Positions 1 to 13,309 of a DNA stretch of 64,000 nt are shown here, in pieces (the stretch's first letter is position 1; the number at the start of each line of letters is the position of its first letter). The notes under the pieces were generated by a model. It did not search any database. It had not been told where the DNA came from and was given only the letters and a program-made list of their open reading frames with translations. Where the stretch lies: contig NC_087437.1 in NCBI RefSeq assembly GCF_036321535.1, positions 91,514,001 through 91,578,000 on the forward strand. Reading direction: 5' to 3'. Position numbers and translations under genes: made by a program. The stretch is from Camelus dromedarius. Its lineage: Eukaryota.

Positions 1-941
1 TTTGGGTAATGTTTTCACAATAATAGCATACCCAATGTGGTGAATGCCAAGTGTTAAAAAGCCTCGTTGAGAATTGTGACCTGAGTATATCACCACTGAC
101 AAGTCCTATTTCTCTGGACAATGTATTATTTTTATAAAACCAATTGACCAGCTACTGTTTGTGATCTTTTTCTGTTGGAAAGAGTAGCTCTTCCAACAGC
201 TGTGCCTTAAATAGTTCTCTTCCCTTTTATACTCAGTTTAGTCTGAAATGTATGGGTCTTCCTGACTTGATCTTGAAATATGCTGAAATAGCAGAAGTCA
301 GCATTTATTGACCATTTTCTGATCTCACCATGCAATAAAAGCATTCTTTTTAAATGGACTGCTGTATATATTATTTATTTTTATAGTTTTATGCTGCCTT
401 TCCAGGAAAAACCTTAAACATTTGTATATGAAATTTTAAACATGTAAAATACACAAACAGCAAATAAAAATGGAGATGGGAAGGTGAATAAGAAAAAAGG
501 TATGAATTGAGGGAAAAAGATGGAGAAAAAAATTGGATAAAAAGGTGAAAAAAGTGGTCTTGAAAAAGTGAGTAAATAATGCTTTGATTTGGTTCAAAAA
601 TATTTGTTACTTTAGCACAAAATTTGGCATTTTAACAGAGTAAGTGTACAACTATTCTTAGATAATATACAAATTAAAATTCCAAAATAATCAGCATTTT
701 ATATGATATTCAACAATCCTTCCAAGGCTTTGTAATACTTTTTTCTTCAAGATTTATATTCTCCACATTTGAAAAATGTGTGTACCATTTTCCAAAGTTC
801 ATAATCAGGTATGCTGTCCTGAGCAGTCAGAGATTCCTACAATCTCTGAAGCTTAAAGTTCATGATAAGAAAACAGAGATTAAGAATCTTATAATTGTAT
901 TTATAAGTGCTATAAAAATATGTGGATTTGAATCTAAAAGA

Positions 942-1575
942 TGTTCTCTATTGCTGCCGTAACAAAGTACCACAAGCTTAGTGGCTTAAACAGCGCCCTT
1001 TTAGTTAATATCTGACAGTTTCTGTAAGTTCAGAGAACTCAACCTGGGACTCGGCTTAGAGTCTCCCAAGGATAAAATCAAGGCATCCGTGGAGCTGTGT
1101 TCCTTTCTGGAGGGTCTGGGGAAGAAAACGTTTCCAGGTTAATGCAGGTTGTTGACAGATTTCAGTTCTATGCAGTTGTAGTCCTGAGGTCCCATTTCCT
1201 TACTGGCCTTTGGCTGTGTGTTCTCAGTTTCTGGAGGCTGCTTGCATTCCCTGGCTGAGAAGCCTCTTCGTCTCAGAACTGCAAAAGCGTGTCAGGTCCT
1301 TCTGTACTTCACATTTCACTGACCTCTCTTTCTGCTTCACCTGTCCTCTGCCTCTTTTGTGGAATCTCTCAGACTGACTCGTCTGCCTGTCTCTTCCATC
1401 TTTTAAGGACCCTTGTGGTTACAAGGGGCCATGGAAAATCTGAGATAACCTGTTTAAAGGCTGATTTGCAAATTTAATTCCAAAAGCAAAATCCCTTTTG
1501 TCATGTAATTAACTTGTTTCAGGAATTAGGGTGCAAACATCTTTCAGGTGGGACATTATTTGGCCTACACCCACA
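942..1575 (-). mobile_element. MaLR solo LTR, MLT1D/E-like
   Basis: Typical reverse-strand MLT1 start 'tctattgctgccgtaacaaagtaccacaagcttagtggcttaaacag', internal 'aaatcaaggcatccgtggagctgtgttcctttctggagg', end 'catctttcaggtgggacattatttggcctac'. Subfamily from recall. Confidence 0.85.
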
Positions 1576-1587
1576 AACACATAAACT

Positions 1588-1624
1588 TATATATATATCA
1601 TATGTGTGTGTGTGTGTATATATA
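1588..1624. repeat. (TA)n(TG)n microsatellite
   Basis: tatatatatatcatatgtgtgtgtgtgtgtatatata seen directly. Confidence 0.85.
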
Positions 1625-3247
1625 ATATTTTACACATCAGGCAAACTTAATCAACCTTATTAGGCTTTTTTTTTTTTAAACAATGAGCTGGTGTCACTGC
1701 CTTTAATGAAAACATTTAAAAATAAAAATAGTTGCCATTTTTAAACATTATATAGCCATTATGAATTATAGTTTACTCATGATCTTAAATCTAATTCCAG
1801 TAGAGTTCTTTCCTCATCACCTATATGTAAAAAGAACTTATTTGTCACTGAGATCAAGATTATTTGATTTAAACTCTTTGATTCGCCTAACTTCCAGTAG
1901 AATTTAACTTTGTTATTCTCTAATCGTTCTATACATTTAATTGTTTCGATCCCATAACATTGTAATTTCTACTCATCTAGAGCTGCACTTGAATTCATTG
2001 CAACTCAGTTTTGAACAATAAGCTAAGGCCAAAGATTCATCTGATAGAAAATACCTTTGCCTAAGCCGCTGAGCACAGTAGAGTTTGTAGGTGTGAAATT
2101 GCCTACAAAGGAGGCTTGCAAGTGGGGGCCAGTGACTGCAATTTGTGATGCAACAATTAGGCATTTCACCAGCTTGGCAATTAACAGTGTACTTGATAAA
2201 TGTTTAATGATGATGAAGAATATTGGATCTAGAATTTTTTTTCACTATTCAACACTTCTCTGAATTGTTTGAGAATGAAGCATTTTTTTTTCACGAATGG
2301 AAAAAAAAAAACAATTGGAAAACAGTAACATTTCTGTTTTCAAAGAAGCCTTTTCTGACTAACCAGACTTTATTTTTACTAGATTATTTCATAGTCAGGT
2401 GGCTGTTGTGCACAGGAAGGTATGCTTATAATTACTTTTACTTTGTTTTTTGGTGAACATATTAACCTTATGAATCAATTCCATACCAAGTAACCAGTCA
2501 TGAGATAATTTTTTTAATATAGTTTCACTTTTATATCAAGGGTTTATGATTATCTCCAACTTTCTTACGGATTTTAATTTCTAAAACATAGATCTTTGCT
2601 GGAATTGAGCTGTACTTTATATTTGCATTCACAGTAGTACCTGACCTATTGTGCTATATTTATGATATATTAACCTGATCTGTTCTTTTTTAATTCTTTA
2701 CTATAATTAGAAATGTCATCTAGGCTCTCCTAAGGAATTGGGGTTTACCAGTAGAGTTATCTTTCTTCTAGGCACTTGGTTATTTTATCATTTTTTTTAA
2801 CTGATTATTAGATTCTTTCTGGTTCTTTCCGCATAGATCATGATATGTGGTCACCAAAGTCAATGGAAGATGCAGGTCTTGACGCATTACCTTTTTATTT
2901 AAGAGATAACTAGGTTTGCTAATATTTAACATGGTTCCTCTTTCCTGTTTGCAAAGACTAAAATACAGATATATATTTAAGCAGGTTCTTCAGTCATTTA
3001 GAACTTTCTCTTAATCTCCTTAAAAGGATACTTGCTTTCTGGCAACAAGATGTCCCAGATACATCTAATGTGTTTTCTGCCTCAAGTTACGGAATTACTC
3101 TTCACAAATTAGCAATAGTGTTTTATAAATTGACTTGACTGTTTTTTTATTAAAGGTTATATTCCTAGCTCATAGAGCAGAAATAATGCTTGACAACTTA
3201 TATAATAATAATTACAGTAATAGACAAGAAAAAATATAAATATTCCC

Positions 3248-3335
3248 TTTAGAGCTCTTATTGTGTGTTAGGCACAATCTAAATGCTTTTAAGACCCATT
3301 CACATTTAGATCTCAGAACAAGCAATGAGGTAGTT
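3248..3335 (-). mobile_element. MIR SINE fragment
   Basis: 'gagctcttattgtgtgttaggcacaatctaaatgctttt...tcacatttagatctcagaacaagcaatgaggtag' resembles the reverse complement of the MIR 3' part. Confidence 0.6.
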
Positions 3336-4651
3336 TAAAAAGGAAGCTCAAGGACTGCCTGAAAAAATTTAGCAGGTTAAATAATGAAGAAACATTGCAA
3401 TACTTATTAAGCAGAGTTTCTGAAATTCCTAACTAGTTTAGGAAGTACTAAAGTTAGTAATTACATCTTTCTATTTTAACACTGATTTAAAAACTGAATT
3501 AAAAATTCTGCATTGGTTATATTTGTACAATATTGAAGAAGCTGATTCATTTGAAGCCTGAAATTAATTAAAGGTTGATATTTGAAAAGTAAATGACATG
3601 CACCGAATCTCTGAATATGTCCTTCCTTTTACAAGTCAATAGAATACCCCCCAAGTGAGCAATACTTCATCAACTAAATTAGTAATTTTACCTGAATGTC
3701 ATTCATATGTTTCAAAATACGAGCTATTGTTGGCAATTTTGGTCAACACACACACAACTCAAACACATCTACACACACAAGATTCTAAATTTTACTCATC
3801 CTTTATACTGAGAAGAAAAAAAAAATACTAGATTCAGAAAGAAATGAAAGAGGGAGGGCCAGAATTTGACATTAACATTAACTGTGGGAGAAAAAAGGAC
3901 AAAGTAGTTAGATGTAGTGAAACATATACTCCAGATACTGTAATTAATCAATTCACCAAGAAAAGCTTTTGGATGACTTTGTAACAAGCCAAAACGGATG
4001 AGCAAAAATGAGGGGGAGAGAGAAAATTGAGGGGGTTGGGGAGAAGGGAGGGGAAGGGGGGAAAAAAGAAAAGGAGGACAAATATTACATTTTTTATAAA
4101 AGAGGCGGAAAGCTAGAGATAATTAACAAGATAAAAAGAAAGAATAAAAGGTAGCTGCGATGTTGGCAGCAGCCAAGATTATTAGTGACAGTGGAATGAG
4201 AAGCAGCAGACACAGTGACGGAGTAGAAGACTGCTCAGAATGATGAGACAGTATTCAGTTTCTCAGCCTGAGGACAGGGACACAATGCTGAATTCTCAGC
4301 TGCACCCAGAGCCCATTCTGTGACTCAGAAGAAGGGATGAAGGAGAGATCAGCAGTTACTTGAGTCTTGTCTAGTGATGCTCAGCCAGGAGGATGGGAGT
4401 CAATTCCTTTGCAAATTATTGCAATGGCCAGCTGATTATTTAATTCTGTATTACATACCATCTTTGTCTACCTTAGTATTATATTGACAAATATGGAAAT
4501 ATGGCACAAGACAAAATGAGGACAATGTGATATAGTGTTGTTTAATATTTCTGTATGAAATATTAAAGCATTTTAAAAGTTTTAGAAAATAATTCAAAGT
4601 TACCAAGTTTAAACATTTTGTAATAGTCAAAATTCTTTCTTTTTTAAAGAA

Positions 4652-5255
4652 AACTTTTTTTTTATTATATAAGTTTCAGGTGTACAGCATTATATAATTC
4701 AACATCTGTCTATACTATAAAATGATCATTGCCACAATTCTAGTTACCACCCACCACCATACAGTGGACTGGCTTCACCAGTTTCTCCTGTCCCCCAACC
4801 AGCTTCCCCTCTGGGAAACACAAAGGTGATCTCTTTATCTAGGATATGGTTTTCATTTTATTTTGTTTATATGTTTTGTTTTTTTTTAAGATTCCATGTA
4901 TGAGTGAAATCATATACTTCTCTTTCTCCATCTGATATATTGCACTTAACTTAATACCTTCAAGGTCCATCTATGTTGTTGCAGATGGCATGATTTCATT
5001 CTTTTTTTTATAGCTGGGCAGTATTCCATTGTATATTTATACCACATCTTTATTCACTCATCCATTGACAGATGAATCTTTTTAAACTGGTGTTTTTATA
5101 GTTTCTGAATAAATACCCAGGAGTGGAATTACTGGATCATATAGTAGTCCTATTGTTGGTTTTTAGAGGAATCTTCATTCTGTTTTCCAAAGTGGCTGCA
5201 CCAATTTAAAGTCTACCAACAGTGCACAAGGGTTCCCTTTTCTTCACATCCTCCC
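4652..5255 (-). mobile_element. LINE-1 3' end (3'UTR plus end of ORF2), 5'-truncated
   Basis: Starts with a T-rich tail, then L1 antisense hallmarks 'aagattccatgtatgagtgaaatcata', 'gtattccattgtata', 'aaatacccaggagtggaattactggatcatatagtagt', 'gtggctgcaccaattta...ccaacagtgcacaagggttccc'. Confidence 0.92.
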
Positions 5256-5299
5256 TTTTTTTAAAACTACACAGCACTAAGAAGTTTTACAAAGTTAAA

Positions 5300-5520
5300 T
5301 GGCACTTGTAACTTCTCCCATACACTGTGCCCCTGAAGGTAAAAACCATCCCAACTTCTAAAACCATAGGTTAGTTTGAATTGCTTATGAATATTAAAAA
5401 TATGCAATCACATAGTGTAGACAATTTTCTGTCTGTCTTGCTTTGCTTGACATTATGTTTGAAGGATTACCCTGCAGTTGAGCATATCAATACTTTGCCC
5501 ATTTTTATGATTGTATTGAA
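5300..5520 (-). mobile_element. Old L1M (L1ME-like) 3' fragment
   Basis: 'aaccatcccaacttctaaaaccataggttagtttg...tatgcaatcacatagtgtag...cattatgtttgaagg' resembles an old L1 3'UTR in antisense. Confidence 0.55.
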
Positions 5521-6611
5521 ATTTGAGAGTCTTGTTTAAATTTCCACATATCTGATGATAGTAATTGAATCTGGTACCCCAGATGTGGTTTTATAATGTG
5601 AAAGTATACGTTACGCTGTTACCCACTGTCATATTCATAGAATTCATTTATTAGTCAAATGCACGATTTTGGACATATTCCTACGTATTTCATGTATTTT
5701 AAAATAACTGTTGGGTCCTGTACTATGGAGTGTATATTTGATATATCTTTGACATAAAAATTGTGTACAATTTTTGAAATGGGAAACAGATAAGCAATAA
5801 TTGATAGAACTTACTTTTTATGAATAAGATACTTGGATCTGAAATCAACCCAGTGAATGTGTGTTCTATGACGCATCTTTGGAATGATTGCTGTAAAAAA
5901 GTGGACACCATAGACGAGGGATTACAGAGAATGGACTACAGAACATAGACTGGCCTGATGAGCCTGGACAGACCAGGCGGTTTAGCAATTTATGATTGTT
6001 AAAAAGAGTAGAATTTAATTGACTGTGGTGTCTGGTTGATAAATCTGAAACTACAATGGAATCAGGAAGCATGAAGCTATCAGAGGCTGAAGTCATAATA
6101 CATAGATGCACATAGTAAACTTTTTGAAGTTAGAGATGGATAACTAAAACAAAATAGCTCCTAAATAGTGCAGTCGTCCAAGGTCTCTGAAATGGTGTCA
6201 GAGGACATATACATACATGCACAAATACACACACACACGCATATGAGCACACAGGAATACATACACACACACACTCATACATGCATAGAGAATGGTGCTC
6301 AAGGAAGTGAGACCAGGAATTGGAATGGGGTGGGGTTAGACCCCAGCACAGCCACTTCAGCAACAATAGTTCTAAACACGTCCAGCTTTATCTGCTTAGA
6401 ACATAATAAACAGTCAATAAGTGGTTAACAATTATTGCTTTTGTTATCACTTATTATTTCATCATTAGCATAATTATTAATTAGATCAAGGAATGTTGAT
6501 TCTAGGATATTTAAAAAAATGAAATCCTTGATGCTAATGCTGTTAGTAATGACAGCCTGGGTGAGGGTGAAGACTAAAATTCATCTGATAACCATGGGAA
6601 GTTAAAATCCT

Positions 6612-6778
6612 TGGCCACACAAATGCAGTCCAGAACCAGAGGCATGGGTATCGTGTAGGAGCTTGCTAGGAATACAAAATCTCAGTACTACACCAGATTT
6701 AGTGACTCAGAATATTTGCATTATGACAAGAATTCCAAGTAATTCTTATGCACATTGGACTGAGAAATACTGGTTTAG
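6612..6778. mobile_element. MER5-family hAT-Charlie MITE
   Basis: 'gagcttgctaggaatacaaaatctcag...ccagatttagtgactcagaatatttgcattatgacaagaattccaagtaattcttatgcacattggactgagaaatactg' follows the MER5A/B pattern. Confidence 0.7.
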
Positions 6779-6835
6779 GTTACTGAGTGTATTTAATTTC
6801 ATAACAGGTAAAGTTTCCTAAAAAAAACTTATAAA

Positions 6836-6943
6836 GCATAGAATTTATAATTAAAAAGATCCATCAAGATCTTTAATTCAGATGCACATTGTGAGAAAAC
6901 TGAGACCCAAAAGTGTTAAGTTATTGCTCCAAGGCCACATAGT
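6836..6943 (-). mobile_element. MIR fragment
   Basis: MIR-core-like 'gagaaaactgagacccaaaagtgttaagttattgctccaaggccacatag'. Confidence 0.65.
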
Positions 6944-7197
6944 TATTTTTATTTAGTTATAACTGCTTTAATAATAATGGACTGTCCCAAGGTAATTTCA
7001 GATTTCTAACTTTTAACATTTGAAAAGCATTGTAATATTCAGCATGGAACTTAGTCTTACATTAATACTATTATATTTCTTCTGGCTTATATGTAAATGG
7101 AAAAGGGAAGCAATGTTACATTTATAATATAGAGGAAATCAGAAGATTGACTAATATTTTTAAAACATACATAAGTGTATTAAAGATTTATAACACA

Positions 7198-7625
7198 TGA
7201 ATTCATTTCCTAGGGCTGCCATAACAAAGCAGATAGAATAAATAGAGAAATGTATTGTCTCACAGTTCTGGGGACTAGAAGCCTGTAATCAAGGTGCTAG
7301 CAGGGTTGGTTCATTCTGAGGGCTCTGGGGAAGACTGGGTTCCATGCTTCTCTGCCAGCCCACAGTGGTTTGCTGGCAGTCTTTTGTGTTCCTTGGCTTG
7401 TAGAAGGTCAGCTTGATCTCTGGCTTCATCTTTGCGTGCCTCTGTCTCCAAATTCCCCCTTTTTATAAGGACATCTGTCACATGGATTATGACCCACCTC
7501 AATGACCTCATCTTAACTAATTACATCTGCATCAACGTTATTTCCTAATGAGGTCTCATTCTGTGCTATTTGGGATTAGGACGTCAACATGTAAATTTTG
7601 AAGAGACTCAATTCAACCCATAGCA
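7198..7625 (-). mobile_element. MaLR solo LTR, MLT1B/C-like
   Basis: 'tttcctagggctgccataacaaag', 'tctcacagttctgg', 'ttttataaggaca', 'atgacctcatcttaactaattacatctgca', ending 'aattcaacccatagca'. The ORF 7311..7511 is a typical MLT1 read-through. Confidence 0.9.
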
Positions 7626-8384
7626 CCAGGTTTTAAATCTCCTTAAGAAAAGTAGAGTATCTGTAATTGAACTTAAATTTTGTAATAGTTTCTCTCAGTG
7701 GCTGCTAAAATGAGCTGGAATCATGAGGTTTTTTAAGTGAGTATCTTTCATTCTCATTTAAAAATAAATATATTCAGAATAAGAAAATGATTATTACAGA
7801 GCCTTTTGAAATATGTCTCTTAATTTATCCTTATATTTATGTATGTAAAAGAACAATATATAATCAAGCAAGTGAAAAGCAATTGTTGCATAATTATTTA
7901 AAATTCAAGTTTTTATAACACTTTTAGCATATTTTTAAAATCTGAAGCCTTAAAATTGATTACTTTAAAATGTCCTCTTTCTACAATAATTATAAGAACA
8001 TAATTTCTCTGGCTAATACCTTACTAAATCAAAGTTCACATATTTTGAGGAGAACAGAGAAAACACCTGCTAACTAATAATGAATGAATAGATGGTATTA
8101 CTATGTATAGACTTTCTGAAGAGATTTTAAGAGGCCAAACCCATTCTCTTCACACCTTCTCTCCACCAATATCTAAATCCATATTCATTCTACTTCTTTC
8201 TATCTGTCCACACTTCTACCCTAGACCTTTCATAATTATTTCAGCCATCTTGTAACTCTTCTCTCTATATCAATTCTTCAACCCTCATATTTTTTTTCTA
8301 CAACAGAACCAGATTCACATTCCAAGACGTATGTGATTGTGTCACCTTCCTGATAAAAATCCTTCAAAAGCCTCTGGAGTACCA

Positions 8385-8600
8385 TTTAAGAATGTGGGCT
8401 ATGACTTCCACACAGCATTGGAGTTTTGGCTGTAATGTTAATTAGTTCAGTGAATTTGACTTCAGAAAAACTAATGAATATGTAACATGTATCAACTTCC
8501 TCGCCTGTGATGCAGTGATAATCAAAAGTATTCCCTTCTTTATGGGATTATTGTGGGGAATAAAACATGTAATATGTACAATGAACATTAAAGAACTATG
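8385..8600 (+). mobile_element. MIR SINE (degenerate), between L2-like fragments
   Basis: 'tcaacttcctcgcctgtgatgcagtgataat...gggattattgtggggaataaaacatgtaatatgtac' resembles the MIR core and 3' part. Confidence 0.55.
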
Positions 8601-9112
8601 TAAGTGTCATCAATCATTTGTTTTCCATCTAGAAACATCAAGTTTACTAAAAGGATGTGGTAAAGGAATTTTTGGCTCTTAAAGCAGCAAATTTAACATC
8701 AAACCTGGTTCTGAGAGCACAATTTACCTGTTTATTGAAGACAGTCTTAGTGTCACCATTCTTTAACTTTAATTATTACTAACACCCACTTTCACTGTGA
8801 AGTATTCCAGTTTGGGTAGTAAGTGTATAGTGACCTAATTTATACACCCAATTGCTCATCCCACAAGGATTTAATACTACATGTATTTAAGTATTTAAAC
8901 ACAAAACTCATTAGCTAGGGATGGCATATGATAAATAATTTTAAAATGAGTCCACCTAATGTACTCTATTCATCCTCAGATTCAGAAATAATAGTAGCAC
9001 CTAAAACTCAACTTAAAAGTTGAGTCTGTTGCTCCTGTACTCCACATACCATTTAGTGTTTTTACAGATGTCAATTTAATTATCATAATAATTAATTATT
9101 ATAAATTAGTAA

Positions 9113-9289
9113 TTTACTCAGTCATCTGTTGATGGACATTTAAGTTGCTTTCATGTCTTGGCTATTGTATATAGCGCTGCTATGAACAGTATGGAGATTC
9201 CTCAAAAAATTAAAAATAGACTTACTGTATGATCCAGCAGTCCCACTCCTGGGCATATATCTGGAGGAACTCTAATTCAAAAAGATACA
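9113..9289. mobile_element. Short LINE-1 ORF2 fragment with internal inversion (9113-9188 minus, 9185-9289 plus)
   Basis: The plus part reads VWRFLKKLKIDLLYDPAVPLLGIY. The minus part reads FIAALYTIAKT*KQLKCPSTDD and matches the in-window L1 at about 20736-20810. Both are L1 ORF2p C-terminal sequence. Confidence 0.9.
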
Positions 9290-12200
9290 AGGCTTATTCT
9301 AATTCATTATCTGTCATACAGAACTACATGACCAATGATCGCTATATTTTTTAAGTTATTTGTACACAACAACACAGCATAATAATAATCAATGGAAAAA
9401 AAGATATTCAAGTAAAATTTGCAGTTAAAATAAAATACAATATAAATTTAAGCTAAAATATCACCATAGAAATGATTAGTAGTTGCCTCATGATGGTCAT
9501 GTGAACATAAACAGGGGTGAGAGCTGCTACTTTCATTCAGCCATAGAAAGGGGAGAAGGCAGCTGATTAAGAGGATGCTCTGAAGGTGTCTGGTTTGCTT
9601 ATTCTCTCTCATGAGTTCTCCTCCAATCTGAAGCTGCCAGTTTGTTTGGCCTACTCTTAAGGCAATCCAAAAAGTGGCACTGAAGAAAAGAAGTAAGTAT
9701 CACATTATTCTAAATCCAGGAAGAATTAGAAAAGAAAGCAGAGATTTAGGGACAGCAGGGAATAGCTCAAGAGTCAGCCTCTTGTGGTATCTGTGCTTTC
9801 GTCCAGTTTTAATTTTAATCCATAAGTGAACCTTCAGAGAATTGGAGTAGATAGAAAGAAAGAAAAAGTAACACTTTTACTTTTGGACAAAACTAATTCA
9901 TATAATAAGAATGACAAATTGACAGTAAGTAATGTATGTTTGAAAAATATAATATAATAAAATATACTCCTATACTTCTTAATTTTATATAGCTTGGGAA
10001 GTATGTGTTTAGATAATTAGTTTGAAAATCATTATAGAATAATAACATTATCATTAATTATACATAACTCTACTGGTTATGCATCAATATCAACATTAAT
10101 AAGGGTTTTCATATTCTGTGAGATTATCTACTCATTTCAGTCTTAAAAAGAATATAGTCCTTGGTGTTGAAGTCAATCCCTGGGCAGACTTGGAAACAGA
10201 TAATAACCATTACCTATATGTTTTATTCTTATTAGTTTTACCTTTTAAAATTATGAGTATTCTGAGGCTTAGTGTGATTATGTGAAAGGTTAAAAAAAAA
10301 AAAAAAAGAACAGCTAGTACAGTCAAGATTTAAACCCAATTCTCTTTGTCTCTTAACTATTAAACAAAACTGTCTCTTCTTAGAATTATAAGGTGTTTGG
10401 AATTTTTCAAAACTGAATACAAAAATGAATGCATAAATACTTTGTTTTAGCACATTTCTAACTAACAAGGCTTTCCATTTTACTTACCACAATAAGTATA
10501 GATTATACCACATTTTTTCTCTTAATTTCAGTAACTTGGCTTACTTTACATTCTTTCCAGTATAAAATATTAATGGCAAAGACAACATATAAGGCCTATC
10601 AGACAGTATTGAAATAATTTAGCTTATCAAGATAAAATTAAATAATGCTGTGACATAGAAGCATAGCAAGATTAAATATCTGGGACTGTAATTTTTAGCA
10701 ATTGTTTAAAATGTGACAACTACTTTTGAAAGATTAAAAAAAAAATAGTTCAATATGTCAGGTTACAACAATGCTCCACACCCAACCATGACAAGAGGAT
10801 AAAGGGGAAATCCTCTGTGGCTACTTTATTTTCTTAAAGAAACTGTCAAGTTTCCAAAAACAAATAAAAATTAAATGAAAATAAATGACTACTGGATCAA
10901 TTTTTAATAAATGCTTACACAAAGATACCCTTTTCTTTCAGACTTCAAGTTTAGTGATAAGCATATTTGATGCACTGTAGAAAATTCAACCGGTTTTTAT
11001 TAATACTTAGGTAATTTTTGATGACTGCAACTTCACTGGTGAGTTCCCAACCAATAGAAATATTTAATAATGGTTTTGGTATTTAAATTCAAATGCTTCC
11101 AAAATAAGAATCTTAGCCACTGGCGCAAAATTAAATTATTTTAACATTAGTTAATTACAGATTACACATATCCCCAGCCCCCATCTCACTTTCCTCCAGA
11201 ATGTTATGTAAAGAAAGATTTACCTTACAAACTCCTAGCTCAGTTGTAGTGAAACCGATTGGTTTCCATTGTGAGAATATCCTCAAGCAAGTTTCTTTGG
11301 ATAGTCTCTCTAAAGAAATAGCTGTGGGACAACATCAGCCCAGAGGAGCACAACCCCCTAGGGCTTACAATCACTCCTGCCAATTTGCTCTACCTCTGAG
11401 TTTTCAATTATATAGACATTGATTGTCACAAATTAACTTGCAAAGCCAGAAAAAAAAAAAAAATAGAAAGAGAGGAAACAATAAGAATACATGTATCCAT
11501 TTTCACTTTATTTTTTTCTGTCTCCCTTCTCCCTTCCTTCTTTCTTTTCTCTTTTTCTTTTGATTCTTTTTTTTTTTTTCCATTTTAACTTTTCTCCTTT
11601 CATTTTCCCTTTTCTGTTTCTCTTTCTCTTACATATAACTTTGGCCTGTAAGTGGCCAATTTCTCTTGCTATTTTGCATTGGATGGTCAGAAATCTGATT
11701 ATGAACTTCAATTCTGTCAGCTACCAGATCATGGGAGGAGAAAGGAACCAGAGACTTGAACTGAAACATGCACACACAGACATGGTCCCTGTATTTGGAA
11801 TTTCTTTTCATTTCTTTTCCACTTATGTATCCCCATACTGCAAACAGTCCCAAAATCAATGTTTTAGTTATGAGACATATAAGGACTGTATTAATTTTTC
11901 TACCATAGTAATCACAGAACTGACTCTGAGACCACAACATTTTTGGGTACCTGACCCCCAAAACTACAAAAGATAGTATTGTTGACCTTCTAGGCTTTGT
12001 GACCAGGATGTGTATTGTTATTTTTAAATTATTTGAAATTGGCAGATGAAGTTCAATTTACACATGGCAATAAAGATGGGATTTCTGAATCACGGGTTAC
12101 AAGCAACAATAAAATAGATATTAAATGAACTTCTATAGAACATGTCTTTTATTTCAATTCATCAGTTAATAAGATGATGCATAGGCTTTCCAATCATATT

Positions 12201-13309
12201 TTGTTATCATTAAGCTGAAAAGTGCATTTCTTTATAAAATAGTGTCTTTTTTTTCTAGTAAGTGTATTGAGATTAATATAATGTACTCTGGGAGAAGCCT
12301 TATAAAAATCTATTTCTTAGAAAAACACTCAAGTTACACTGCAAAAGGATGTTTTTCAGTGAAGAAATCATATAGCAAATGTGTTCCTGTACCTGGCTGA
12401 AAATAGATTTATTTTGTTATTGTTGTTTGGTTTTAATGTAGTCCTTACTCTCATTAAAAAAAAAAAAATCTTGAGAAAGAGAGAAAGAGAGCACATAATA
12501 TTTAAAAAATACTCATTACACAAAGACATTGGCTTTTAATTCACACAGGAGACTACATTTTTGCCAAATAAAAGAGTAAAATCAAATATCTTTGTAGCTC
12601 TATTCAGAAATTTCTTCTGCCAGACTATTGGAACAAAATATTCATAATGGCAAAGTTAAATTGAATGTAGATGGATCTTTATAAGAATTAGAAGATAAAT
12701 ACAATCTCTTTTAGAGGGTTATCAAAAATATGTAGTATGTCCTATTTGAGAAAATTTGGAGATAATTTTTTATTAATACCTTTCTAAAGACTACATACAT
12801 ATTGTAAATTTTGAAAATACTGTTAGTTTTTTTTAAAGACTAGCCTGCCTGAAATTAGAATTATATATGAATGTCCCTATCATTTTAACTTGATAAAAAG
12901 TAAATCTCTCTTTCTGGTTTTAAACTTGGTAAAATCAATTTGCCCTAGTATTGACTGACTCAGTTTTAAAAAAAATTACTTTGTTTTGTTAGCTTAATTT
13001 TTCAAATAATTTTATTATTTTTTCCATATGATAACAAAGTCATCTTTTAAAAGCTATGGATTTATTCTACTGACTCCTAAAGAAGCATACATTTGTTCTC
13101 TTCTTGGAAAAAAAATTACAAAAATCAAATTGATTTTCTATTTTAACAATACTAGCTTAGTCAAGATTACTTAACAAACTGGTAGTGTTTTAGGAGGTTA
13201 TGGTCTAAAATTTGGAATGAACTGAGATTTTGTTGCAGGTATTAAATTTTATTGCTTTGGTAGTTAGGCTTTTTTGTGAAGTTATTATATGTATACGATA
13301 TGATATATG

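Noticed and set aside
5880..6115. Purine-rich stretch that looked like a processed-pseudogene fragment
   Set aside because: The plus-strand frames hit stops quickly, I recognise no parent protein, and there is no poly(A) tail or TSD.
6130..6428. His/Thr-rich and Cys/Val-rich ORFs
   Set aside because: They translate a degenerate (CA)n repeat.
11491..11976. Longest ORF (161 aa) and the overlapping antisense Lys/Arg-rich ORFs
   Set aside because: The N-terminal part translates a polypyrimidine tract. There is no recognisable domain or gene context.
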